Assembly (NCBI GenBank): GCA_035627515.1
Contig: DASPLQ010000012.1
Coordinates: forward strand, 1,344,517 to 1,408,516
Length of the DNA: 64,000 bases
Direction: 5' to 3'
Source: Vitreimonas sp.
GTDB lineage: Bacteria; Patescibacteriota; Microgenomatia; UBA1400; PJMF01
Shown: one piece after another, positions 48,601 to 57,258 of the stretch
Layout of the letters: each line of letters starts with the position of its first letter
Numbering within the stretch: the first letter of the stretch is position 1
The notes under the pieces: generated by a model
The model's input: only the letters and a program-made list of their open reading frames with translations
Told to the model about the DNA's origin: nothing
Databases searched by the model: none
Position numbers and translations under genes: made by a program

Positions 48601-48646
48601 GGGTAAGTATTTGCAAGAAGAATTGGCCGTATTTAAACGCTCCTAG
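45623..48646 (+). CDS. uvrA: Excinuclease ABC subunit A
   Basis: GAREHNLKN, two Walker A motifs, Zn fingers, L.GGEAQR twice. Confidence 0.98.
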   Translation: MATKKSDNNNQNIQNYITVTGAREHNLKNVTLNIPKNQLVVFTGLSGSGKSSLAFDTLYAEGQRRYVESLSSYARQFLGVMSKPEVDQIDGLSPAISIDQKTTSHNPRSTVGTITEIYDYLRLLFARVGHPHCPNCGREIATQSIDQIVGHIMTQTDQSLDQIVRIMILSPVVRDRKGEFSALFTSLQKQGYSRVRIDGSHYNLADDLTLIKTNRHTIEVVLDRLSISQKQLKDESERKAFRTRISQSIEQALKLSDGFAVASFIHDQSFEFPNDPQDVDDRLFSEKLACSVCGISISELEPRLFSFNSPQGACPTCNGLGSLLKISVDKILAPSLTLSEGAIIPFAKNLSSDTWWSRLVETVVEKAGYDFRRTPFQDFDEETQHTLLNGSPKVYRVSGENRFGRSTAIEEKFEGFIPSLERKYNETESEYIRKDIEQYMQRQVCPTCDGARLKEEALSVTIEGKNISQITSLAINRALEWARTLKNGQILSVKERAIGDSILKEIVARLEFLSSVGLNYLSLHREASTLAGGEAQRIRLASQIGTGLTGVLYILDEPTIGLHQRDNHQLIQTLKNLRDKGNSVVVVEHDRDVMLASDYIFDFGPKAGQGGGQVVAEGEPTAIMKNSASLTGKYLGRKKDVHRDRTQAINGVGSERSVIDPDSEAQAISTAQALRISGATHHNLKGIEVDFPLNTLTCITGISGSGKSTLLHDTLYANLAEKLGKKSEIMPGHVDRISIPDIVRRVTLIDQSPIGKTPRSNPATYTKIFDYIRNLFTNTQEARMRGFNVGRFSFNVKGGRCEACEGEGQIKIEMQFLPDVYVDCDVCLGKRYNEETLQVTYKDKNIADVLKLSVDEAYEFFNTNSTLRQKLKTLQDVGLGYIELGQPAPTLSGGEAQRVKLAKELSGRTSEHVVYLLDEPTTGLHFADVQNLLNVLHQLVGQNNTVIVIEHNLDVIKNADWIIDLGPEGGEQGGEIVAVGPPEVVATTPQSFTGKYLQEELAVFKRS

Positions 48647-48666
48647 CTTAGTTTACAATCAAAGTA

Positions 48667-50520
48667 ATGAAAATTTGGCTGCGGCTATTAGTGGCATTGG
48701 TGGTAGGGTGGGTCGGTCTGTTTTTCCAGCCAGCCTACGTTCTCGCTGATGAAAATTTTTACACCGCTCTGCATACTACCTATGAAGTTAATGCCTCCGG
48801 TCAAACCCAAGTCACGCATCGTTTCCGCATTACTAACAAAACTCCCAGCTTTTTTATCAAACAGTACGCGCTGACCATTGGCTCTAGTAGCCAGGTAGCT
48901 GAAATCATTGCTACCAGCGATGGCAAAAACATTCCCCTCACCATCGAGCGTGATAAAAATAGCACCAGCATCACATTAAACTTTCCGGACCAAGTGGTGG
49001 GGGAGGGCAAGATTCGTGAATTTTTTGTGACGTATGAAAATAATGACGCCAGCTTAGTCAGTGGCAAAGTTTTGGAAGTCCATGTCCCGCAACTTAGTCA
49101 AGAAAAACTCTACGATGAGTATCGAGTGGTGCTCATCACGCCTTTTGCCTTTGGGGAGCCGGTGCGTGTCAACCCAGCTGAGTATGAAATCACCACCCAG
49201 CCTGGGCAGATTGTTACAACTTTTCCTAATCTGACCCACCAAGCCATTTCAGCTTTGTATGGCCAGGAGCAAATTTTTCACGCCACGCTGCGCTACAACT
49301 TAGAAAATACGGGCAGCTTTCCGGGCCTAATGCAAGTAGCCTTACCACCCGACACACCTTTTCAACGGGTGTATTACCGGCATTTAGATCCCTTACCTCA
49401 GAGTTTTGAGCGCGACGTAGATGGAAACTGGATTGCCACCTATCGCTTGCCCCCTAACTCACAAACAACTGTCCATGCCCAGGTGGAAACATTACTAAGC
49501 TTGACGCCTTTTGCTGATGTTCCCGTTACCGCACCCACCGATACATTTATCAAAACTGATGAGTACTGGCCACTCTCCAGCCCCCGTATTACTGATCTTA
49601 GTCAAACGCTGGGAGATGTCTCGTCTATTTATCAATATGTGGTAAAAAATTTAACGTACATAAACTTAGAGCCCGGCCAAGTTCCTGAACGATTAGGCGC
49701 CACTGGGGCCTTAGACAATCCCACCCTCGCCACCTGTCAAGAATTCACTGATTTATTTGTGACACTAGCCCGTGCCAAGAATATTCCTGCGCGGCGATTA
49801 ACAGGCTATGCGTACACTCAAAATAATGAGTTGCGACCGCTGAGTTTAGTCGAAGATATTTTACATGCCTGGCCAGAATACTATGATTACCAGCGCCAAG
49901 CTTGGGTAGCCGTCGATCCTACCTGGGAAAATACTACTGGAGGCATTGATTACTTTAATCAATTTGATTTAAATCACATCGTCTTTGCTATCAATGGCCA
50001 CTCTAGTTCTTTGCCATATCCTGCTGGAGCTTACAAATTTACTGATCAAAATACAAAAGATGTGGAGGTAGCTTTTGGAGAAAGTTTTACCGATGTTCCC
50101 CTGCAATTCACCATTGAGCTCCAACCTCAAACTCTAGCCACTATTCCTGTGCCAGGCAGGTATAATCTAATTGTTCGTAATGACACTGGCCGAGCCTGGT
50201 ATGACCTTAATCTCCATACGCAAGCTGAGTTACAGCCAGTAGAGTTACAACCTAATGGCTTGACTTTACCAGCCGTTTTACCATATGAGCAAAAGGTGAT
50301 ACCCTTACAAGTGTTTAACTTGAGGTGGCGGTCTGAACCCACTATTATCACTAACACCCTAGCGCTCGCCGGCACCTCAGAAAATGTTTTAACGTTTACA
50401 CATCATGTCAACAGTGGCCCCTTCTACTTCCAACTCCCGTATCTCATTGGCTTGGGAGGCAGTGGTATCTTCTTTACCCTCCTCGCCGGGAGTGTATTGG
50501 TTTATCGACGGGCAAGATAA
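48667..50520 (+). CDS. Exported transglutaminase-like domain protein
   Basis: Signal peptide; CQEFTDLFVTLARA..IPAR..GY, HAWPEYY, VDPTW; C-terminal TM. Confidence 0.88.
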   Translation: MKIWLRLLVALVVGWVGLFFQPAYVLADENFYTALHTTYEVNASGQTQVTHRFRITNKTPSFFIKQYALTIGSSSQVAEIIATSDGKNIPLTIERDKNSTSITLNFPDQVVGEGKIREFFVTYENNDASLVSGKVLEVHVPQLSQEKLYDEYRVVLITPFAFGEPVRVNPAEYEITTQPGQIVTTFPNLTHQAISALYGQEQIFHATLRYNLENTGSFPGLMQVALPPDTPFQRVYYRHLDPLPQSFERDVDGNWIATYRLPPNSQTTVHAQVETLLSLTPFADVPVTAPTDTFIKTDEYWPLSSPRITDLSQTLGDVSSIYQYVVKNLTYINLEPGQVPERLGATGALDNPTLATCQEFTDLFVTLARAKNIPARRLTGYAYTQNNELRPLSLVEDILHAWPEYYDYQRQAWVAVDPTWENTTGGIDYFNQFDLNHIVFAINGHSSSLPYPAGAYKFTDQNTKDVEVAFGESFTDVPLQFTIELQPQTLATIPVPGRYNLIVRNDTGRAWYDLNLHTQAELQPVELQPNGLTLPAVLPYEQKVIPLQVFNLRWRSEPTIITNTLALAGTSENVLTFTHHVNSGPFYFQLPYLIGLGGSGIFFTLLAGSVLVYRRAR

Positions 50521-51871
50521 TGTCCTCTATGTGGGTAAAGCCAAAAATTTAAAAAATCGGGTCACTTCTTATCGTCGCTTCACTCAACTCACTGATCGAA
50601 TTAAACGGATGGTATTTAGCGCCGTTCAACTTAAGTTTTCGGTACTAGAGAGTGAACTTGAAGCACTGCTGGTCGAAGCAGAGTTGATCCGCACTCACCA
50701 ACCTGAGTTCAATATTTTGCTCAAAGATGACAAAACGCCACTTTATATTGTGATCACTGACGAAATCTATCCCCGAGTCCTGACCGCTCGCAAAAAAGAG
50801 CTTGATAAAAAACTGATTACTGGCACTACTTTAGGACCTTTTCCTAGTGCTTATAAAGTTCGTGAAGTGTTACGGATCGCCCGTAAAATTTTTCCGTGGT
50901 GTAATCAAGCTGGCAACCTTGGTAAACCCAGTTCAGTTAAATCTCATCAACTGGAGAACATCACGCTGCGTAAAATTGAAAATCTGACCAAACCCTGCTT
51001 TTATTATCACCTCAATTTGTGCCCCGGAGCCTGTTTAGAAAAACTCACGCCTGCAGAATATCAAGAAACAATTAATCACTTAATAGAGTTTCTAAAAGGT
51101 AAGAAAAAAGAAGTCCTCAAACTGCTCGAGCGTGAGATGAGCTTTTACGCTGAAAATGAAGAGTATGAAAAAGCCGGAAATACTCGGGATAAAATTCAAT
51201 TAATTAAATCGGTAACACAAAAAACCTACAGCCTCAAACCAGAAACGGTTTTACCTCGCCTTAAAGTTGAGTTAGCTGAGGAATCAGTTATTTATTTACG
51301 ACGACTGTTATTGACGTACTTATCATTACCTAAAAAATATCCTCTGACTCGCATTGAGGGTTATGACGTCAGTAACACCCAGGGCACCAACGCCTCAGTA
51401 GCCATGGTGACGTTTGAAAATGGCCAACCAGCTCGTGATCAATATCGTTTATTCAACATCAAGAGTCTAGATACCCCAAACGATTATGCGATGCATCAAG
51501 AAGCCTTACTACGCCGGCAAAATCATCCCGAGTGGGGAAGGCCTGATTTAATTGTCATTGACGGGGGGAAAGGTCAGCTACGAGCAGCCCTTAAAGTCTG
51601 GCACTGGTCAAATCCAGTTATCAGCATTGCCAAGGACCCAGATCGCATTATTATTCCCTTGATTACACCACCCAAACCTAAAAAAATCACAGCAGAAAGA
51701 AGAGTGGTCAGTGATGATGAAATCCCACAGATAGGGAAGATAGAGTATCAAGTTATTAAACTACCTGAGACTCATCCAGCGTTAAAGTTAATTCAGCAAA
51801 TTCGAGATGAATCACATCGCTTTTCTAAAAAACAACACAGCAAACGCAGACTAAAAGACTTATTTACTTAA
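50405..51871 (+). CDS. uvrC: Excinuclease ABC subunit C (no C-terminal HhH domain)
   Basis: LP.SPGVY..LYVGKAKNL..RV.SY GIY-YIG, IEGYDVSN, LIVIDGGKGQL, RDESHRF. Confidence 0.93.
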   Translation: MSTVAPSTSNSRISLAWEAVVSSLPSSPGVYWFIDGQDNVLYVGKAKNLKNRVTSYRRFTQLTDRIKRMVFSAVQLKFSVLESELEALLVEAELIRTHQPEFNILLKDDKTPLYIVITDEIYPRVLTARKKELDKKLITGTTLGPFPSAYKVREVLRIARKIFPWCNQAGNLGKPSSVKSHQLENITLRKIENLTKPCFYYHLNLCPGACLEKLTPAEYQETINHLIEFLKGKKKEVLKLLEREMSFYAENEEYEKAGNTRDKIQLIKSVTQKTYSLKPETVLPRLKVELAEESVIYLRRLLLTYLSLPKKYPLTRIEGYDVSNTQGTNASVAMVTFENGQPARDQYRLFNIKSLDTPNDYAMHQEALLRRQNHPEWGRPDLIVIDGGKGQLRAALKVWHWSNPVISIAKDPDRIIIPLITPPKPKKITAERRVVSDDEIPQIGKIEYQVIKLPETHPALKLIQQIRDESHRFSKKQHSKRRLKDLFT

Positions 51872-51882
51872 TTACCTAACTC

Positions 51883-52245
51883 ATGAACCTACTCAAACCC
51901 TTTTTAACGATGGCCGTCTCGATCATGATTTTGGCCTGGCTATTACCCACGATTAGTTATTTCGACTGGATTACGCTAATTTTAGCCAGCATTGTTTTGA
52001 CGCTACTCCAAAATGTGGTCAGACCTATATTAAGCTTGCTGTTTTTGCCCATTAATATTGTCACTCTCGGTTTCTTTTCCTTAGTCCTCAATGTAAGCAT
52101 GATTTGGCTGGCTACTTACTTAGTGCCTGGCTTTCGTGTGGAACCAATGATCGTCTTTGGTGTTGAGTTAAATTACTTTTTTTCGTTATTGTTGACTTCG
52201 TTCTTGCTGGGCCTAACTCAATCCTTGGTAGGTTTTATTATCTAA
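51883..52245 (+). CDS. YvlD/phage_holin_4_2-like membrane protein
   Basis: VRPIL.LL.LPINIVTLG.F.LV.N...VPGF. Confidence 0.85.
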   Translation: MNLLKPFLTMAVSIMILAWLLPTISYFDWITLILASIVLTLLQNVVRPILSLLFLPINIVTLGFFSLVLNVSMIWLATYLVPGFRVEPMIVFGVELNYFFSLLLTSFLLGLTQSLVGFII

Positions 52246-52264
52246 AAGGAGTATAATTTCCCCC

Positions 52265-53251
52265 ATGCATAGGCTTACTTATCTTTTTATTCTGTTTGGT
52301 GTGATGATCGGGCTGTGCCTCTTAGTTGGGACACCAGCACAAGCCCAAGTCGGTGAGCGCCAAATTCTCAAAGCTTCACCCTCATCGCAAACTGTCGAAG
52401 TTATCACTTCACCCAGCAGTGAACCTGAGGGAATTGTGCCGATTGCTTCCCAAGAAGCCATGATTGCCACCCCTGCCGCTGAGTTGATTAATCGCCTGCA
52501 AGAAGAGCGTCGCAATCAAGATATTACCGAATCAACTGGTGAGCGTAAAAGTAGCCTCGCTGCCTACTTAGAATCACATCCAATTAGCCCGCTCAGCTGG
52601 CACAATTTTTTGCAACATAGTATCCGTCGCTCTATCAATAACGGTTTGCCAGCCAACGTCTTAGTTTTAATTTTATTGTTTCCGGTCATTACCTCGTTAA
52701 TTGCGGTTTCACGCCACGTGATTGGCCTAAAAGGTTTTGGTATTTACACACCGGCAGTCTTAGCGGTGGCTTTTGTCTCGACGGGAATCTTAACTGGTAT
52801 CGTTCTCTTTGGTGTAATCCTAATAGCAGTGGTCATTTTCCGCCCCTTAGTAAAGCGCCTGGAGCTTCAGTACTTACCGCGGACTGCCTTGTTACTGTGG
52901 GGAGTGTCACTCTTCACCTTACTCTTTTTAGTGGCATCCTCCTTACTGCAAACTCAATTATTTTTAGGCATTAGTATTTTCCCATTGTTGATCATGATGT
53001 TGCTGACCGAAAATTTTATGGAAACGCAGTTGACATCTTCTCAATCTCAAGCTTTCCAGCTGACAGCAGAAACGTTGCTGATTGCCACTATCTGTTCATT
53101 ACTGGTCGGCTCAGAAATGGTCCAGCAATGGGTGATCTTAAATCCCGAAATTACCATCATTGCCGTGGCAGTCTTTAATATTATCGTCGGCCACTATACC
53201 GGCCTGCGTTTAATGGAGTACATCCGGTTTAGACCGTTATTAAATGAGTAA
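52265..53251 (+). CDS. 7TM domain protein of the inactive-transglutaminase/ATP-grasp-associated family
   Basis: LLFP...R.VIGLKGFGIY.P, L..LPR, FP...L.E, Y.GLRL.EY.RFR. Confidence 0.85.
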   Translation: MHRLTYLFILFGVMIGLCLLVGTPAQAQVGERQILKASPSSQTVEVITSPSSEPEGIVPIASQEAMIATPAAELINRLQEERRNQDITESTGERKSSLAAYLESHPISPLSWHNFLQHSIRRSINNGLPANVLVLILLFPVITSLIAVSRHVIGLKGFGIYTPAVLAVAFVSTGILTGIVLFGVILIAVVIFRPLVKRLELQYLPRTALLLWGVSLFTLLFLVASSLLQTQLFLGISIFPLLIMMLLTENFMETQLTSSQSQAFQLTAETLLIATICSLLVGSEMVQQWVILNPEITIIAVAVFNIIVGHYTGLRLMEYIRFRPLLNE

Positions 53252-53256
53252 CGCCT

Positions 53257-54540
53257 ATGGTGAAACCACGCGACATCCTCGGCATGAACGCGCGCGAGCG
53301 CATTTACGGGAAACTTAACCCCGCCAGTTCGCGAGCCTTTTGTAGTTCTAAGTACGCCACCAAGGTTCTGCTCGAAAACAAGGGCATTCCCACCGCTACT
53401 ATTTATGGTGTCTTAACCAACAGTGAAGACGTCAATGAGTTTGATTGGGTATCGTTAGAAAAAAACTTTGTTATCAAACCCACCAATGGCAATGCTGGCA
53501 AAGGGGTGGCCATTTTTCGCAAGCAACACGTCGATAAATATCACTGGACTGATGCGATTGGTAAGACCTGGGATCTAGATGACATTAAACTCCATTGTTT
53601 TGATATTTTGGATGGCTTGTATAGTACGTATGGCGCTCAACATCACATCATCGTGGAAGAGCGCGTGCCGATTCATCCTACGTTACTGAAATACGTCTAT
53701 AAAGGTACCCCAGACATCCGCGTAATTGTTTTTAATCACGTCCCGGTAATGTGTATGTTACGGTTACCGACTGTGGAATCAGAGGGCCGGGCTAACTTGC
53801 ATCAAGGTGCCATCGCAGCTGGCATTGACATTGCCACAGGCGTCACCACCTACGCGATTACGGGCAGCGGCCAATCTATTTCGATCTTGCCCGATACCAA
53901 ACGCAAATTAAATGGCATTAAAATTCCCAACTGGAAGAAATTACTAGAAGTGGCGGTCCAAGCCTCAGATGCCGCTGGTTTAGTGTATGGTGGAGTGGAC
54001 TTGTTTGTTCATGAAGAGAAGGGCCCCTTAGTAGTTGAACTAAATGCCAACCCAGGTCTCTCCATTCAAAATGCCAATAAAGCTGGTTTGCGCCGTCGCC
54101 TCGAGCGAGTTCAGGATATTGAAGTGCTCAATCCTGAACATGGCGTGCGTATCGCTCAAGCACTATTTGCCAGCGTCCTAGCAGACAAAATTAAAGCCGA
54201 AGATGGCCTGATTATCGTGCCTTACCGCGATAACGTCACGGTTTATGGTGATAATAAACAAAAAATTGAAGTCGAAGCCTTGATGAATACTGGCCGTTTC
54301 CGCAGTGCTATTGCTAGTAACCTCGCCAGTCAGTTAGGCCTCATTGATTTAGAAGATTTATTATGGTTCCAGCAAGAAACAGATGAAGGCAGAGCCCCTG
54401 TGGTGGAGGTAAACTTAAAAATTAAGAATCGCAAACTTAAAACCGCGATGGTGGTCAGCAAACGTTTAAATAAATCAGCCCATAAACTTGAAATTGGTCG
54501 TCATGACTTGGATGGCTTCTTAGTTGGTGAAAACGAATGA
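53257..54540 (+). CDS. Alpha-L-glutamate ligase-like ATP-grasp fused to a C-terminal aspartic-protease-like domain
   Basis: ILGMNAR, FVIKP..G..GKG, PDIRVIV, MLRLPT..S.GRANLHQGA, ELNA.PGL.IQ; C-terminal ALMNTG and LEIGR. Confidence 0.88.
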   Translation: MVKPRDILGMNARERIYGKLNPASSRAFCSSKYATKVLLENKGIPTATIYGVLTNSEDVNEFDWVSLEKNFVIKPTNGNAGKGVAIFRKQHVDKYHWTDAIGKTWDLDDIKLHCFDILDGLYSTYGAQHHIIVEERVPIHPTLLKYVYKGTPDIRVIVFNHVPVMCMLRLPTVESEGRANLHQGAIAAGIDIATGVTTYAITGSGQSISILPDTKRKLNGIKIPNWKKLLEVAVQASDAAGLVYGGVDLFVHEEKGPLVVELNANPGLSIQNANKAGLRRRLERVQDIEVLNPEHGVRIAQALFASVLADKIKAEDGLIIVPYRDNVTVYGDNKQKIEVEALMNTGRFRSAIASNLASQLGLIDLEDLLWFQQETDEGRAPVVEVNLKIKNRKLKTAMVVSKRLNKSAHKLEIGRHDLDGFLVGENE

Positions 54541-55484
54541 GCAATATTATTAGCGACGTCAATCCAGTTAACTTACTGAGCGAAAAACAAAAGTTTTTTG
54601 CTGATACTAGTTATAACCCTCAGTTTGAGTATAAACGAGCCATCAATCCTGATCAGCTCATCCAATGGGGCTTACCTCTGCCCGCGTACGTGAAGCACGC
54701 CCAGCAGATGCTGTTAAAACATCCCAATAAAATTCCTGCTCACAGTGATACTGTCACCGAAGCCGAAATTCTCACCGCCGTGAGTGACTTTAATGCTGCC
54801 CATCGCCTGGAACATCCCTTAGAAGTAGTCTTCTCGGCTAGCTCAGCGTCGCGCTGCCAAGTCACTACCAAAAAAATTACTTTTCAGTTACCTATTACGT
54901 ATAGCCGAACCCATTTTAAAGATCTTTGCCGACATGAACTAGAAACACATATCTTACGCCGCCTTAATCATGCTCAACAGCCGTGGGGGCCACAAGATTT
55001 TCCCGATCCTGAATTTCGGAAAACTGAAGAAGGTTTAGCAGGTCTGCATACCTTTTTGTTTCGCACCGATAAAATTATTACCCGCAGTTACCTGACTTAC
55101 ACTGCCGTCGCACTAGCCCAGAAACTTTCCTTTAGTGAAGTGTTTCATCAGTTATTACCGTACGGCATTTCACGGCAGCAGGCTTGGCGGCTAGCGGTCA
55201 GAACCAAGCGGGGATTGAGTGATACAGCCCAGGCCGGTGGCCTCAGCAAAGATATTTGTTATTTCGAAGGTATGGTAGAGGTGTGGCAGTGGTTGAAAAA
55301 CCAGGAACATGATCCTAAGGATTTGTATTTGGGTCGCCTAGGCCTTGATCAGATTGAGGCCATGAAACCCCAAGCAGTTACTACCGGTTTACGCTATCCA
55401 TCCTTCTTCGCCGATTTAGAGCAGTACCGGCACTTGATTAATGAAATTGGGGCTGTTAATAACTTTGAAAATCTTATTCAATAA
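54537..55484 (+). CDS. DUF1704/MATCAP-like zinc carboxypeptidase
   Basis: HELETH (HExxxH), TEEGLA, R.KRG..DT, KD..YF.G, LYLG. Confidence 0.85.
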   Translation: MSNIISDVNPVNLLSEKQKFFADTSYNPQFEYKRAINPDQLIQWGLPLPAYVKHAQQMLLKHPNKIPAHSDTVTEAEILTAVSDFNAAHRLEHPLEVVFSASSASRCQVTTKKITFQLPITYSRTHFKDLCRHELETHILRRLNHAQQPWGPQDFPDPEFRKTEEGLAGLHTFLFRTDKIITRSYLTYTAVALAQKLSFSEVFHQLLPYGISRQQAWRLAVRTKRGLSDTAQAGGLSKDICYFEGMVEVWQWLKNQEHDPKDLYLGRLGLDQIEAMKPQAVTTGLRYPSFFADLEQYRHLINEIGAVNNFENLIQ

Positions 55485-55489
55485 GCATT

Positions 55490-56455
55490 ATGCCACGCCT
55501 CAACGCCAGCTCCCGCATCATGTATGAAACTGCTCAAGAATTAGGAATTGAGTGTGTAGTATTTGATGACAAAGAAACCATTCTGATGAGTAAAGGTTCC
55601 GCTCAATGGTATACCCGCGGTTCGCGAACTTCCTTACAATCATCAGTGGGTAAGAGTATCGCCGATAATAAATCACTGACTAAAAAAGTGTTAGCTCATT
55701 TTCAAATTCCCACTGCCCGGTTCTGCGTACTTAAAACAACCACTGATTTAGACCAGCTCGACAGTTTGCAGTTTCCTATCGTGATGAAACCCACCAATGA
55801 ACGCCACGGCAAAGGGGTACTAGTGGGTATTCAAAGTAAAGCCCAGGCAGCCGAAATTTGGGCTAATCAAACCTACGATGCTATTCTTTGTGAAGAAATG
55901 TTAAAAGGCACTGAGTATCGAATTGTGTGTGTGGATTATAAATTTGTAGCGGCAGCGTTTCGTAAACCTGCCCATGTTACTGGTGATGGGGTACACACAG
56001 TTACTGACCTAATTGCCGAAAAGAATCGGCATCCTTGGCGAGGTGATGGTCATGAAAATAACTTAAGCTTAATTAAGGTTGATGACGCCGTAGAAAAATA
56101 CCTGTCAGAACAGGGCTTTAATCTCGAAAGTATTCCGGCTCCGGAGCAAGTAGTGAATCTGCGCAAAACAGCTAATTTATCAACTGGGGGAGAAGCCTGG
56201 GATGTCACTGATACCGTTTCTGTAGAGAACCAGCAACTATTTGAAAAAATCGCCCGGGCTTGTGATTTAAATACCGTGGGCATTGATATTATGTGTGATT
56301 CATTGACGACTCCAATTATTACTCAGGACCATGCGGGCGTAATCGAAGTCAATGCTTCACCCGGGTTGCGAATGCATCATTATCCTATTCAAGGCGAACC
56401 TCGGTTAGTGGCTCATAAGATACTGACCATGGTTATGGATCACTTTTTAACCTAA
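55490..56455 (+). CDS. ATP-grasp ligase similar to the cyanophycin synthetase/GshF C-terminal domain
   Basis: DNKSLTK, VMKP...HGKGV, EYRI, PAHVTGDG, ANLSTGG, GIDI, IEVNASPGLRMH. Confidence 0.88.
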   Translation: MPRLNASSRIMYETAQELGIECVVFDDKETILMSKGSAQWYTRGSRTSLQSSVGKSIADNKSLTKKVLAHFQIPTARFCVLKTTTDLDQLDSLQFPIVMKPTNERHGKGVLVGIQSKAQAAEIWANQTYDAILCEEMLKGTEYRIVCVDYKFVAAAFRKPAHVTGDGVHTVTDLIAEKNRHPWRGDGHENNLSLIKVDDAVEKYLSEQGFNLESIPAPEQVVNLRKTANLSTGGEAWDVTDTVSVENQQLFEKIARACDLNTVGIDIMCDSLTTPIITQDHAGVIEVNASPGLRMHHYPIQGEPRLVAHKILTMVMDHFLT

Positions 56456-56460
56456 ATACT

Positions 56461-57219
56461 ATGACTTTTGATCTAAAACCTCACCACATCCAACGCCCTG
56501 AAAAAATAACTTGGCGTTTTCCGTATAAAGGTGGGGACATCTTAAGTTATTTAAAAAGTAAAACTTCACGGTCTTTCTTAAGAAATGCTGATCAAGATTT
56601 GCTTGAGTTTGGAATTACTTACCAGGTTAAAGAAGTCGATGAAAATTTATTTAGCCAATGGTTAGAGTATTACTCATCCAAAATGAGTGAACAGGGTTAT
56701 GAGGTAATTGCTAATTGGGAGTGGTATCACAAGCGAAAAGACGAAGGATATACTATTTATCTTGGCCTTTTTACTCAAGGTGAGACTTGGGTGGGCAGCG
56801 AAATTTTTTCGCAAAAAGATCAACGGTTTATTGCTGCCTTCAAAGCTAGTGAACGTTTAGAAAAATTTTCCAAAAAACGCAACTCAATTGGCGCAGTGAT
56901 TGATTATTTCTTCATTAAATATGCCGTTGAGCACCAAGCGGAACTTATTTCTTTTGGACAATCACGCAATGCTTTTGGTGTTATTAACACTTCAGGAAAT
57001 TTAGATTACAAATTGCGTTTTGGCTTTCAACCCCAACCTTCGAAAGACACAGTTTTATTAACTGAAGTGCCAATTGGAGAGGATGGAACGGTAATGTTTT
57101 TCGGCCTCCAAGATGGATGCCTAAAATTATTTGGTGTTAAACCTATCGGCTCAGAGCATCTTTTTGAACAGGCCCGCTTTGCAAGTGATGAGCTCCCTTT
57201 TGTCGAATTGACATACTAA
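56461..57219 (+). CDS. GNAT/FemAB-like fold protein
   Basis: IKYAVE...ISFG.SRN..G....L.YKLRFGF resembles the GNAT/Fem C-terminal motif. Confidence 0.5.
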   Translation: MTFDLKPHHIQRPEKITWRFPYKGGDILSYLKSKTSRSFLRNADQDLLEFGITYQVKEVDENLFSQWLEYYSSKMSEQGYEVIANWEWYHKRKDEGYTIYLGLFTQGETWVGSEIFSQKDQRFIAAFKASERLEKFSKKRNSIGAVIDYFFIKYAVEHQAELISFGQSRNAFGVINTSGNLDYKLRFGFQPQPSKDTVLLTEVPIGEDGTVMFFGLQDGCLKLFGVKPIGSEHLFEQARFASDELPFVELTY

Positions 57220-57258
57220 CTTTTTCTCTTAACTTCCCAGACAAGTTATAATATCACC

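Noticed and set aside
51883-52245. Prophage suggested by a holin-family gene
   Set aside because: YvlD-like proteins are commonly chromosomal near uvr genes; no phage structural or integrase genes are present
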